From Puniceicoccaceae bacterium (GTDB lineage Bacteria > Verrucomicrobiota > Verrucomicrobiia > Opitutales > Oceanipulchritudinaceae): a stretch of DNA of 64,000 nt. Under the pieces are notes generated by a model. That model was not told the origin of the DNA and did not search any database. It saw only the letters and a program-made list of their open reading frames with translations. Both the position numbers and the translations under genes were made by a program. The stretch spans positions 1 to 64,000 of the forward strand of contig JBFOMH010000017.1 in assembly GCA_040830765.1 (NCBI GenBank), in the 5' to 3' direction. This document shows positions 42,157 to 52,044 of the stretch, piece by piece; position 1 is the stretch's first letter, and each line of letters begins with the position of its first letter.

Positions 42157-42621
42157 ATGGATAAACTATACTGGATCGTATGCGAGGAGGGTGATCAGAC
42201 ACTGTTCGAAGGTCGCTTCCTCGGAAGGACGCGGGGAGCAGCACTCAAGCACATGAAAGAGCAATTGGGCCGGTCGAATTTGATCGGCCTTGTTTTTTCA
42301 ATCACTGAGATCCCTGTTCCTCTAATTAGGGATATCGTGAATGAGATTTTGGCGGAGCAGTTGCCCAAACAGATGAATGCAGTTCAAGTGGAGCCGAAGG
42401 AGGAACCTGAGGAGGAACAGGTTGAATTGGAGATCGAGCCGAATCCCTTCATGAATCCGCAACCCCGACCTGAATATGACTGGGAAGCGATCAAGGCATG
42501 CTACATGCAGGGGTGGGGTCCGAAGGGTGTAGCCAGGAAGATGGAGGTCCCGATAAATACTCTAAGAGGACGGATCCGCAGGGAATGCTGGGCGCACGAG
42601 CGCCGGGAGGTGGATGCATGA
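42157..42621 (+). CDS. Hypothetical protein with C-terminal HTH
   Basis: SD agaaagg; DWEAIKACY..GPKGVARKMEVPINTLRGRIRRECW. Confidence 0.6.
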   Translation: MDKLYWIVCEEGDQTLFEGRFLGRTRGAALKHMKEQLGRSNLIGLVFSITEIPVPLIRDIVNEILAEQLPKQMNAVQVEPKEEPEEEQVELEIEPNPFMNPQPRPEYDWEAIKACYMQGWGPKGVARKMEVPINTLRGRIRRECWAHERREVDA

Positions 42622-43070
42622 GAATCTATGAGGCATCCCTGAAATACAAACTCGTTAAATCAGGCCCGCTCACGGTGGTAGACTCCCCGGAGCGGGTTTT
42701 TAACTATATGGAGGGAGCGTTTGATCCTGATCCCACAGTGGAATGGTTCTTTGTGATACCCCTGAACCGCAAGAACCGGGCACTTGGCAGGGTTGCCATC
42801 ACGAAGGGAACGGCCACCGCATCACTTGTTCATCCGCGGGAAGTGTACCGGCCAGCGGTTCTTTGCAATGCATCATCCCTGATTGCTGTCCACAATCATC
42901 CCAGTGGCGATCCGTCACCCAGTCAGGCTGATATCCGGGCCACGAGACAACTGAGGGAAGCGGCGAAGGTGATGCAGATTGATCTTCTTGATCACGTGAT
43001 TATCGGGGAAAAGGATGCCGATCCCATGGGAAGTGGTTACTACTCATTTGCAGAAGCGGGATTACTGTGA
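42618..43070 (+). CDS. RadC-like JAB domain protein
   Basis: VHPREVY, HNHPSGDPSPSQAD, LLDHVIIG. Confidence 0.92.
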   Translation: MRIYEASLKYKLVKSGPLTVVDSPERVFNYMEGAFDPDPTVEWFFVIPLNRKNRALGRVAITKGTATASLVHPREVYRPAVLCNASSLIAVHNHPSGDPSPSQADIRATRQLREAAKVMQIDLLDHVIIGEKDADPMGSGYYSFAEAGLL

Positions 43071-43080
43071 GGAGAGCCAA

Positions 43081-43103
43081 TTGACACTCACTCCTCGCAC
43101 ATG
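43081..43103 (+). promoter_or_regulatory. First copy of the late-gene element TTGACA-N13/14-(A/G)TG (12 sites, see findings)
   Basis: ttgaca-ctcactcctcgcac-atg; recurs at 45669, 46391, 49577, 49858, 51272, 51941, 52850, 53467, 56027, 57532, 60970. Confidence 0.85.
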
Positions 43104-43751
43104 AGTGAAACTGAATCAGTGAAAGCCAAGGGCCTGGCCGATGGAATTGAAGTATGGTGTGGTTATGAAAAGCTGGTTCCGGTTGAGGATTTAAAGGCCA
43201 ATCCGCGTAATCCGAATACGCACCCGGTCCGCCAAATTGAACTGCTCGCCAAGAATATTCGATATTTTGGATGGCGCCACCCGATTTCTGTTTCCAGGCG
43301 AAGCGGATTGATTGTGGCCGGCCATGGCAGATTGGAAGCGGCCAAGCATTTGAACCTGCAGCTGGTGCCTGTGGATTATCAGAACTTCGCGAGCGAGAAT
43401 GATGAAATGGCGGTATTGATTGCCGACAACCGTTTGGCAGAACTTGCCAGTGTGGATCTCAATTCACTTGAAGGCGTGATCAACGATTTGAAGGTGGAGG
43501 GATTTGATACGCTGCTGACCGGTTTTGAAGACGCCGATTTGGACAGCCTGCTTTCGCCGGACAATTCAAATGAGGTGCTGGAGGAAGAAGATGGAGAGCT
43601 GGAGAAAGGCGACGTCACGATCACTTTGGGTTTGTATCGTTGGAAGGTCAGCCAGGAGGATTACCTCGCTTGGATTGATTCGGTGAAGCAGGAAGTCGGC
43701 TTCGATAAGGAATCGGTGATGAGGGAATTGAGAAAGCGACTGGGTGTATGA
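43101..43751 (+). CDS. ParB/Srx N-terminal domain protein
   Basis: NPRNPNTHP, FGWRHPI, IVAGHGRLEAA, IADNRLAE. Confidence 0.88.
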   Translation: MSETESVKAKGLADGIEVWCGYEKLVPVEDLKANPRNPNTHPVRQIELLAKNIRYFGWRHPISVSRRSGLIVAGHGRLEAAKHLNLQLVPVDYQNFASENDEMAVLIADNRLAELASVDLNSLEGVINDLKVEGFDTLLTGFEDADLDSLLSPDNSNEVLEEEDGELEKGDVTITLGLYRWKVSQEDYLAWIDSVKQEVGFDKESVMRELRKRLGV

Positions 43752-45259
43752 TCAAGCTTGAGCCATTAGAAGCTGTCGCCCCGTCGACCTACAATCCGCG
43801 CAGCGCGGATCCTCAGCGTCTGGACCTGATTGAGCTTTCGTTAAGGAAACTTGGATTTCTGGCTCCGATCTTTGCCGACGAAAATGGGGAGATTCTTTCC
43901 GGTCACCAGCGACATCTCGTCGCCACCCGGATGGGAGCGAAGCATCTACCGGTATTCCGTACCCGCCCCATGGGGCTCCCTCAAAGAAAGGCGCTGAACA
44001 TCGTTTTCAACCGGGCAACCAATGACTTTGATTGGAACAGTACACCGGAGAAATCCACCCGGGAACTTGCATCACTGGATGTGCATCGCCTTGCGGAATC
44101 GATTTCCGATAAGGCTGTGGATTCCCCCGAATTTATCCGCTGTCTGACTCCGAATCAGGTGAGTGTGAAGGAGCTCTGCCGGACCAATTCCGGAAAGTGG
44201 AAGCAGTATGCGAAGAATCTGGCGAAGACCCTGCATCGAAACGGAATTCTCATGCCGATTATCTGCAAGAGAGATGGTACGGTGATCAATGGTATCGGGC
44301 GCCTTGAAATGCTCGCTGAAAAGAAGATCGAGAATGCTCCTGTCGTATATGTATCGGAAGAGGAGGCAGCTTTCGCAGAAGCGATGATGAACCTGCTTTC
44401 CATGGATTTCGATGTTGAGAGCCGCTATGATGATCTTCTGCGGTATAATTCATTCAGGCGTGCCCGCCGGGTGCGGGAGGAACTGGGCAATGGATTCATA
44501 TTCGCTGTCCACGGGGCAAAGCCTTGCTACACATTTGATATTTTCAATCCGAAGCAGAAGGCAAAGTGGCTGAGGGAACACGGTAATCGCATACTTGATT
44601 TCGGTGCCGGGCACTTGACGGAGACCAAGATTCTCCGCCGGGCGGGAATGGAAGTGTGTGCCTTTGAACCCTATCATATTACGCGATCGGATATTGATAA
44701 GGAGAAGAGTCTTGAGATATGCAGGGAGTTTATTGAAGCAGTTCGAGAAGGCAGAGAGTGGACTTCCATCTTTCTGGCCAGTGTCTTGAACTCGGTACCG
44801 TTCCAGACGGATCGGGAACACATTGCGGTGCTCCTGCAGGCGCTTTGCAGACCGGAAACAAAAGTCTATGCCTGTGCTTCGAGTGTGAGTGAAACCGGTT
44901 GGAGGCAGGTGAATGGGAAGGCATTTTTAAACAAGTCCAATTCAGCGAACATCGCATTCCGGTTGGATTATGAAACGGGAATCAGGATTGGTGATTTCCA
45001 GGACAAGCCGAAGGTGCAGAAGTACCATACGATAAAAGAATTCCATCAGCTATGGACTCCGTTTTTCCGCTCTGTTAGGGTGCGTGAAATGAGTAATAAC
45101 ATTACCGCTACATGCGCACATGCACTACCTGTCGATAAGGAACGGTTGAGGGCGGCAATTGAATTTGAATTTGATCTACCGTATCCGGATGGAACCCGGA
45201 TGGATATGGTTGAGGAAGCAATCGAAGCATTTGAAAAACGATTGGGTGTTAAACTGTGA
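43748..45259 (+). CDS. Double ParB-domain protein fused to a Rossmann methyltransferase-like domain
   Basis: YNPR..GFLAPI..ILSGHQR; second GILMPII..VINGIGR; ILDFGAGH, AFEPY, LASVLNSVPF. Confidence 0.75.
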   Translation: MIKLEPLEAVAPSTYNPRSADPQRLDLIELSLRKLGFLAPIFADENGEILSGHQRHLVATRMGAKHLPVFRTRPMGLPQRKALNIVFNRATNDFDWNSTPEKSTRELASLDVHRLAESISDKAVDSPEFIRCLTPNQVSVKELCRTNSGKWKQYAKNLAKTLHRNGILMPIICKRDGTVINGIGRLEMLAEKKIENAPVVYVSEEEAAFAEAMMNLLSMDFDVESRYDDLLRYNSFRRARRVREELGNGFIFAVHGAKPCYTFDIFNPKQKAKWLREHGNRILDFGAGHLTETKILRRAGMEVCAFEPYHITRSDIDKEKSLEICREFIEAVREGREWTSIFLASVLNSVPFQTDREHIAVLLQALCRPETKVYACASSVSETGWRQVNGKAFLNKSNSANIAFRLDYETGIRIGDFQDKPKVQKYHTIKEFHQLWTPFFRSVRVREMSNNITATCAHALPVDKERLRAAIEFEFDLPYPDGTRMDMVEEAIEAFEKRLGVKL

Positions 45260-45672
45260 TATATCTATTGGATTTAAACTACACGCTGGTTGGGAATTCC
45301 CCAAGAAGGGGAGATCCACCTATCCGGCCATTCATCAGGCAGATCGAGCAAGAAGAGTACCGCCAGTGGTTGGTTGAACTATTGAGGCCTCACAAGGTGA
45401 TTTTAATTACCGCCCGACCGGACCGGTACAGGGAAGTGACCTTGGAGCGTATAAAGGAAAAGACGGGCTGGGAACCGGTGGATGCTTACTTCGCACAAAT
45501 ACAGGCACGACCTCCCCAGATTAAGGAGCACCTTTTGAAAACGCACATCTTCCCAAAGTATGGGAATAATGGATACTTTGCACTTGAGAGTAATCCGTAC
45601 ACTAGGGAGATGTATAAAGGATATGGCATAGAGGCGGTCCGGGTGACGGATCAGGAACTGATGAAATGTTGA
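45256..45672 (+). CDS. HAD-like (PNKP-type) phosphatase-fold protein
   Basis: LLDLNYTLV, LITARP, K, ALESN; degenerate motifs I and IV. Confidence 0.6.
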   Translation: MIYLLDLNYTLVGNSPRRGDPPIRPFIRQIEQEEYRQWLVELLRPHKVILITARPDRYREVTLERIKEKTGWEPVDAYFAQIQARPPQIKEHLLKTHIFPKYGNNGYFALESNPYTREMYKGYGIEAVRVTDQELMKC

Positions 45673-45688
45673 CACTGACTTAACCGGC

Positions 45689-46384
45689 ATGGACGCCGGA
45701 CAGGGGATCGAGACATCGCGCAGCAACTGGGTATTCGACGAAAAGGTCGCACCGAAGTTTGATGAGCATGTGAGAAAAAGCGTTCCCGACTATGATCGGA
45801 TCCAGGATCTGGCAGCAAGTCTTTCTGACTGGTTTGTGAAGGACGGAGGAACCGTTGTGGATCTGGGGGCATCAACCGGTGAAACACTTCATCGCATTCA
45901 AAAACGCAACCCGGCAAAGAAGATCGAGGTTATTGGTTACGACAATTCCAGTGCGATGATCCAGCAGGCGAAGGCAAAGGGAGTGGATGTGCATTTTTGC
46001 GATCTCTCCATGCTTACTGAAATGCGGGGTCACGATTACGGGGTATCGCTCTACACGCTCCAATTTCTGCGCCCGGGAGCCAAGCAGACGGTGCTTTCAG
46101 TATGCTATGATTCATTGAAGCGGGGCGGGGGATTTTTCGTTGTTGAGAAAGTCCATGGAAGCATTCCGGAATTCCAGGACATCACCCAGCAGCTGTACTG
46201 GGAAATGAAACTTGAAAATGGCCTTACACCAAAGGAAGTCCTGAACAAGGCGGCCGCATTGAGGGGCAATATGTTCCCCATGACAGTGGCGGAGAATGAG
46301 GCACTTTTCAGGCGCGTCGGCTTCGTTCGGTATGAGCTTGTATACCGCCATCTGCAATTTGCCGGTTGGCTCCTAATGAAGTAG
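45689..46384 (+). CDS. CmoA-like (carboxy-SAM synthase family) SAM-dependent enzyme
   Basis: WVFDEKVA.KFDEHVRKSVPDY, DLGASTG, DNS..M, YTLQFL, VEK, MKLENG..EV.NK. Confidence 0.8.
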   Translation: MDAGQGIETSRSNWVFDEKVAPKFDEHVRKSVPDYDRIQDLAASLSDWFVKDGGTVVDLGASTGETLHRIQKRNPAKKIEVIGYDNSSAMIQQAKAKGVDVHFCDLSMLTEMRGHDYGVSLYTLQFLRPGAKQTVLSVCYDSLKRGGGFFVVEKVHGSIPEFQDITQQLYWEMKLENGLTPKEVLNKAAALRGNMFPMTVAENEALFRRVGFVRYELVYRHLQFAGWLLMK

Positions 46385-46410
46385 CGGACATTGACACATG
46401 AATCCGGTGC

Positions 46411-47025
46411 ATGGACAACCTGACACCGGATACGGCAACCAAGATTCTCGACGCCGATTTTCAGAACATAGTGAAAAAAGTCGCGGGAGGGAAGACGCTT
46501 ACTGTTGCCGAGAGGGCACTGATTGAGGCACGGGCCTCCGGGAGTAATAACACAACGGCCTATGCCAAGACTGTTGTGGAATTATCTGAGGTACTGGGAG
46601 TAACCAGGCGGACGGTCGGCATGTGGCGCAAAATGCAGGGAGCACCAAAACCACTGTCCAACGGCGACCATGATGTTTCCGCATGGAGAGAGTTTGTCCG
46701 GTTAAACGGCCTGAAAGGCGGCAAGGAACTGGAGGGAGCCAACCATGAGGCCCTAAAGGCAAGGCGGCTACTTGTCGATATTGAGGAACGGGAACTTCGC
46801 CTGGCTATAAAGAGGGGAGACTACCTGCCCATGGAAGAGGTGAGACGGACTGTGATTGAGGGGATGGCACGGCTCTTCGCCATCTTACACAAACGACTCG
46901 AGGACGAATTGCCACCACTGTCCTGTGGAAAGGATGCAGTGGGTATCCGGGAGGAGAATGCCAAGGCTTTGGATGAGGCCCGGCAGGAGGCATATGAATT
47001 TTTCAGCGGATGGACCACAGCTTAA
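46411..47025 (+). CDS. Terminase small subunit
   Basis: HTH (ELSEVLGVTRRTVGMW..GAP), coiled coil ELRLAIKRGDYLP; overlaps the large subunit. Confidence 0.75.
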   Translation: MDNLTPDTATKILDADFQNIVKKVAGGKTLTVAERALIEARASGSNNTTAYAKTVVELSEVLGVTRRTVGMWRKMQGAPKPLSNGDHDVSAWREFVRLNGLKGGKELEGANHEALKARRLLVDIEERELRLAIKRGDYLPMEEVRRTVIEGMARLFAILHKRLEDELPPLSCGKDAVGIREENAKALDEARQEAYEFFSGWTTA

Positions 47026-48818
47026 ATCCTGAAATTGCCGGCATGTTTGCCGAAGGGGTAAAACCTCCGGACAGGCGTCCTCCATGGCAGTGGGCTGAGG
47101 AGCATGTTACTTCCATCCCATATTCGCCTATGCCCGGACGGTTCCGCTCGGACAATTCACCGTGGGTTAGGGAGGTAATGGAGGCGATGGTGGATCCGCG
47201 GGTGAAAGTGGTGTCCATTATCGCATCTGTCCAATCCTCAAAGACGACCGCTCCGGAGCTGACCCTCTCTTACATCATATCCAACTTGCCCGGGCCCACC
47301 TTGTGGCTGGACCAGACTGACGAGGATGCGAAGGACCAGTCCGAGTCGCGCCTGCAAAAACTCTTCGAGGAATGTGAACCGGTTAAAAACTTGTATCCAA
47401 AAGACCGGCACAAAAGGAGAAACCATACTATCCACTTTGCCAATGGAATGACGCTCTGGATCCTTGGGGCACATAACAAAACCAATCTGCAACGCCGTTC
47501 CATTCGCTGGTTGATCGGTGATGAAACGTGGCGCTGGCCAACAGGACATATGGCTGAGGCGGAAGCCCGTGTAACTGCTTTCGGATGGCTGGGTAAATGC
47601 ATCTTCATGTCCCAGGGCGGTGAGGAAGATGATGATACGCATCGCAAATTTGAGACGACTGACATGCGCGAATGGACTTTCCAGTGTCCACATTGTGGAA
47701 AGCGTCAGCCCTTCGACTGGGATAATGTGGAGTGGTCCAAATCGGCAAGAACAGCGGAAGGGGATTGGGATTTCACTGAAGTGAGGAAAACCACTTCGCT
47801 TCGGTGTTGTGAGTGTAACCATTACTTTGCTGATTCGGATGCGACCCGCCGCCAGCTCAATGCCACGGGCAAGTTTGTGCGGACCAACCCGAAGGCATCT
47901 GAAGAGAATGTGGGATTTCATTGGAATGCCCTGTGCGCAATGTCGTGGGGGAAACTTGCGGAGATGTACCTTCGGGCCAAGGCAGCAGCAAGGCAGGGCG
48001 ACACATCCTTGTTGCAGCAGTTTTATCAGAAGCGACTCGCATTGCCCTGGAGGGAGTATGTTGAGGACTTCAAGGCGGATATTACCCGTAGCAACTATTG
48101 CATGGGGGATCCATGGCCGGATGAGGGGTATCTGACGGCAAAAGGCACGGTTGTGGATTCACCCACCGATGGTGCCACGGTTGTCCCGCTTCGATTCCTT
48201 TCAGTGGATGTGCAGATGGATCACTTCTGGTTGGTGGTCCGTGCCTGGAGTGCCAGCGGATCCTCAAGGCTAATGTGGTGCGAGCGTGCCCTCACATGGG
48301 AGGACGTTGAGCGGGTACAGGAACGCTTTGGTGTCCACGGCAGCTTGGTATTTGTGGATGCAGGATACAACAGCTATGAGGTATACCGCCACTGTGCCCG
48401 AAAGGGCTGGACTGCCCTAATGGGGGATAACCGTCCAACTTTCACCCACAAGGTAGGAAAACAAAGGGTTCAACGCTTCTACTCTCCGGTGCGGAAGGTC
48501 TATGTAGCCAATGGACAGGTTTGCCGGATGCACTATTGGAGCAATCTGAACATGAAGGATTCGCTCGCCAGGCTGCGGAGGAATCTGGAAGGCGGACCTA
48601 CATGGGAGATCCCCGAAGACATCCCCGAAGAGTACCTGCTTCATATGGACTCAGAGCACCGGATTAAGAGGGGCGGTAAATGGTTCTGGGATCAGATCGG
48701 CAAACGCCCGAACCACATGTTTGATGCGGAGTGCGAGCAGGTTGTCGGAGCCCATATGCTTAAGATTATTGGGCGCGAAAGTGTGCCTCAATCAGGAGAA
48801 TCCGATCCCGAAGGATAA
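47010..48818 (+). CDS. Terminase large subunit, lambda GpA family
   Basis: PPWQWAE, SVQSSKT, IGDE, CPHC..C.EC, GFH, SVDVQ, VDAGY, NHMFD. Confidence 0.92.
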   Translation: MDHSLNPEIAGMFAEGVKPPDRRPPWQWAEEHVTSIPYSPMPGRFRSDNSPWVREVMEAMVDPRVKVVSIIASVQSSKTTAPELTLSYIISNLPGPTLWLDQTDEDAKDQSESRLQKLFEECEPVKNLYPKDRHKRRNHTIHFANGMTLWILGAHNKTNLQRRSIRWLIGDETWRWPTGHMAEAEARVTAFGWLGKCIFMSQGGEEDDDTHRKFETTDMREWTFQCPHCGKRQPFDWDNVEWSKSARTAEGDWDFTEVRKTTSLRCCECNHYFADSDATRRQLNATGKFVRTNPKASEENVGFHWNALCAMSWGKLAEMYLRAKAAARQGDTSLLQQFYQKRLALPWREYVEDFKADITRSNYCMGDPWPDEGYLTAKGTVVDSPTDGATVVPLRFLSVDVQMDHFWLVVRAWSASGSSRLMWCERALTWEDVERVQERFGVHGSLVFVDAGYNSYEVYRHCARKGWTALMGDNRPTFTHKVGKQRVQRFYSPVRKVYVANGQVCRMHYWSNLNMKDSLARLRRNLEGGPTWEIPEDIPEEYLLHMDSEHRIKRGGKWFWDQIGKRPNHMFDAECEQVVGAHMLKIIGRESVPQSGESDPEG

Positions 48819-49051
48819 ATCGTGGGATTCCCTGTTTGCATCAATAATCCTGAAACAAACGGTTCATTATGGGATTTGGTTACCTCCCTTCTTGGCATAG
48901 ATTGAAGGTTATCATGTAGGTATGGGGAATTATCCAGAATGTAGGCATCTTCTGGAAGTATTGCTTGGATTGCTGCGGCTCCAAGTACCGTATATGTAAT
49001 ATACTTTTTCATAGTACTGGGAGTTACACTTATTCAGTGATTTAGGGAATA

Positions 49052-49561
49052 GTGAGACCTGAATTTTTTCTTTCTATTAATCGCGTCTCTTTATACTCTG
49101 TATTCATGGGATCCGACTTACAAGTACAGGCAGGAGCAATTATTGGTGGAACCATTGTTGATCCAACATGGATAGATTACACTTTTTGTGAGAATGAATC
49201 ACAATTTTCCGAGGTTCTTGGGTTCGTTATTAAGATCACAAATATATCCAATTCAAAACTGATCATTGATAACATATATTTTGTATTTAGTACTCATTCT
49301 CAAGAAGACGAACGGTTACCCGTTTATAGCAACAGATCTTTTTCTAGGCCAAACAAACTTCCTTCAACACAACATCCATGTATTACCTCGACCTATGAGT
49401 GCGGAATAAAGGATATCCCGCCCATAGCAGGTAATGCCATAGGGATATTAATCGCATACAAGAGTTGGCTGAATCCCTTTAAGGTTTTTCAATTCCATTT
49501 ACACCGTGACAATGACTTTCGGTTATTTACTGGAGCCTTGAAGGAAAGGTATTCGAGCTAA
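49052..49561 (+). CDS. Hypothetical AT-rich moron
   Basis: ORF within a low-GC insert between terL and the head genes; start uncertain. Confidence 0.45.
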   Translation: MRPEFFLSINRVSLYSVFMGSDLQVQAGAIIGGTIVDPTWIDYTFCENESQFSEVLGFVIKITNISNSKLIIDNIYFVFSTHSQEDERLPVYSNRSFSRPNKLPSTQHPCITSTYECGIKDIPPIAGNAIGILIAYKSWLNPFKVFQFHLHRDNDFRLFTGALKERYSS

Positions 49562-49596
49562 TCAACTAGCCAACGATTGACAATAAGTCGCCTTCG

Positions 49597-49851
49597 ATGG
49601 CGACAATTGATTATTCCATAGGTTTTACCCAGACGGAGGTAGAGGAGATCCTCACCGCTCAAAAGGCTGAGTTGAAAAAGACATTGGCCGCTTACGCCAA
49701 TGATGGATCCAGTGTGACCAAACGCCGTATTGATGAAATTCATGAGATCATCTCTGCCTGCCAGAAGGCCCTACAGAAGCTCGCTCCCGATACTTATGGT
49801 AAGGGGTTGAAGGTATCCCGGACGGGATTTGTCGACCACATGCAGTTGTAG
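49597..49851 (+). CDS. Probable gpW-like head completion protein
   Basis: 84 aa directly before the portal gene; YANDGSSVTKR; preceded by TTGACA-N14. Confidence 0.6.
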   Translation: MATIDYSIGFTQTEVEEILTAQKAELKKTLAAYANDGSSVTKRRIDEIHEIISACQKALQKLAPDTYGKGLKVSRTGFVDHMQL

Positions 49852-49876
49852 GCATGATTGACATGTGCCTGGAGCC

Positions 49877-51322
49877 GTGAAGATCCTCCAAAGCATTGGC
49901 AAAGTTCTAATGGGTTCATCCTATGAGGCGGCAAATCCATCAATTCGCCGTTCAAGGGTGCCTGGTGCCGCGCCGTCCGATGCAAGAAGGGAGTTGACGG
50001 CCCATACCCGCCGCGAACTGGTACGCAAAAGCAGATACCTGAACAAGAACAGTGGTTTCTCTCGCGAGGTCGTGGGGGACATGGCGATTTATTCGACCGG
50101 AGATGGAATCCGTCCCCAGGCACAAACAGCGGATCCAGCATGGAACAGGCAGGCGGAGGAATTTTTCAAACGGTGGTCCGCACGTCCCGAAGTGACCAAC
50201 CGGTTCTCATTCGAGGAATGCCAGAATCTGGTTTGCCGGGGAATCGATGTGGACGGGGAATATTTTGTATTGAAAATTCGCGACAAGTTCGGACGTGCCC
50301 GGATACAGTTGGTGGAATCCCACAGGATAGGATCGGCTTCTGAGGATAGAAAGGTGATCGATGGTATTGAATTTGATGCGATAGGAGCGCCGTTTGCTTA
50401 TCATCTTATCCAGGACAATGGAAAGCCTCGGAAGGTGTTCGCCAATGCGGTGATGCATGTCTTTGAACCGGAGTTTGCAAGTGGTGCGCGAAGTCACCCG
50501 ACTTTGCAGCATTCCATCAACCACATTCTCGATGAAATGGAGATGCTTGCGTTGGAAAAGCATGCGGTGAAGGATAATCAGGATGTTTCACGGATCATTA
50601 AGCGCGAAAGCGGAACTTTGGAGGATGATGGAGATTTTAGAGTATCGCCGGATACAGGTGAAGCAGCTGACCAGAGTGATCCGTCCGCTATCCAGAGAAT
50701 CACAGGAGGCAAGGTCCTGGCATTGAAGCCGGGAGAGTCCATGGACAGTTTTCAGTCGAACAGGCCAAGCTCCATGTTCACCGGATTTCTGGAGCACTTG
50801 AAGCGGGACAGCAGCGCCGGGGTACTCCCCTATGAATTTGTACTGGATTCATCCAGTGTGGGTGGTGCCGGAGTACGCTTGATTGTAGCGAAGGCAGACC
50901 GTCGCTTTTCCTACCGGCAACTAATCCTCATCCAGCGATTCCTCAAACCAACATGGGGCTGGGTGATTGGTGATGCCATTGATAGGGGAGAGTTGGAACC
51001 GATGAAGGGTTGGAACAAGGTGACCTGGGTTACTCCACGCCGCATCACGGTCGATGCAGGCCGGGAGGCAGAATCCCACCGGAAAGATGTGGAGATGGGC
51101 CTACTCACATTTTCGGATCATTTCTCAGAGATTGGAATGGATTTTCGCGAAGAAATTGAGCGTAGGGCACAGGATTCAAGAGACATATTGGATATGGCAA
51201 ACCGATATGGTGTACCCGTGGATATGCTCTATCGCCCAAGTGGGACGAAAAGTACTCCTGCTCAGGAACCTTTGACATCGGACGGGGGCAGTGCCCCACA
51301 AAGATCCGAAGAAGAAAGCTGA
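49877..51322 (+). CDS. Portal protein, lambda gpB family
   Basis: RELVRKSRYL..N, DGEYF, DGIEFD..G.P..YH, LKPGE; GTG 49877 chosen from the upstream motif. Confidence 0.9.
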   Translation: MKILQSIGKVLMGSSYEAANPSIRRSRVPGAAPSDARRELTAHTRRELVRKSRYLNKNSGFSREVVGDMAIYSTGDGIRPQAQTADPAWNRQAEEFFKRWSARPEVTNRFSFEECQNLVCRGIDVDGEYFVLKIRDKFGRARIQLVESHRIGSASEDRKVIDGIEFDAIGAPFAYHLIQDNGKPRKVFANAVMHVFEPEFASGARSHPTLQHSINHILDEMEMLALEKHAVKDNQDVSRIIKRESGTLEDDGDFRVSPDTGEAADQSDPSAIQRITGGKVLALKPGESMDSFQSNRPSSMFTGFLEHLKRDSSAGVLPYEFVLDSSSVGGAGVRLIVAKADRRFSYRQLILIQRFLKPTWGWVIGDAIDRGELEPMKGWNKVTWVTPRRITVDAGREAESHRKDVEMGLLTFSDHFSEIGMDFREEIERRAQDSRDILDMANRYGVPVDMLYRPSGTKSTPAQEPLTSDGGSAPQRSEEES

Positions 51323-51944
51323 ATACAACCGCCGCTACTACCAAGAAAACCGGGAGCGGCTTAAGGAACATGCACGTAAATATTACCACGATAATATTGA
51401 TGCTCAAAAAATTGTTAGAAAACAATGGCGAGAGGCCAACAAAGACAAAGTTAAAGCTTCAAACAAAGCATACCAGCGAGAGCAAAAGCAAAAAATACGA
51501 GAATATCAACAGGGTCGGAAGAATGATCCTGAGGTCATTGCAAAACGCCGAAATCAAAAGCGTCGATACTATCAACAGCGAATTCAAAGAGATCCACAAT
51601 GGCGGGTAGTTCGTGCTCTTCGTCTTCGACTTTGGACTGCGCTTAAGCAGCGTAAAATAGACAAGTCAGAATCCAGCCTCGAACTTGTTGGATGCGAAAT
51701 CAGTGCCCTCGTCAGACACATTGAAAACCTGTTTCAGCCAGGAATGTCTTGGGAAAATTACGGATCAAAAGGCTGGCATATTGACCACATTACTCCCTGC
51801 GCTGCCTTCGATCTTAGTGATCCAGCACAACAGAAGAAATGTTTCCATTACACGAACCTGCAACCTCTATGGGCGAGAGACAATATAGTTAAAGGGCATA
51901 GTCTTCCCACATCGCTTTCTGAAGCAGTCGTCCCACCCGGTTGA
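51291..51944 (+). CDS. HNH-type endonuclease, homing-endonuclease-like
   Basis: Basic repetitive N-terminus; GMSWENYG..WHIDHI.P..CFHYTNLQPLW..N..K. Confidence 0.85.
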   Translation: MPHKDPKKKAEYNRRYYQENRERLKEHARKYYHDNIDAQKIVRKQWREANKDKVKASNKAYQREQKQKIREYQQGRKNDPEVIAKRRNQKRRYYQQRIQRDPQWRVVRALRLRLWTALKQRKIDKSESSLELVGCEISALVRHIENLFQPGMSWENYGSKGWHIDHITPCAAFDLSDPAQQKKCFHYTNLQPLWARDNIVKGHSLPTSLSEAVVPPG

Positions 51945-51965
51945 CAGAGTCCAGTTTCAACAAAC

Positions 51966-52035
51966 ACGAGGGAGAAAAGGATTCGGTCGGGCTCATAACC
52001 CGGCAACGCAGGTTCGATTCCTGCCCCTCGTCCCA
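51966..52035 (+). tRNA. Atypical tRNA-Met(CAT), initiator-like anticodon arm, miniature D-arm
   Basis: ACGAGGG/CCCTCGT acceptor stem, TCGGG-CTCATAA-CCCGG, GCAGG-TTCGATT-CCTGC, C73 then CCA. Confidence 0.85.
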
Positions 52036-52044
52036 ATTATAGCC

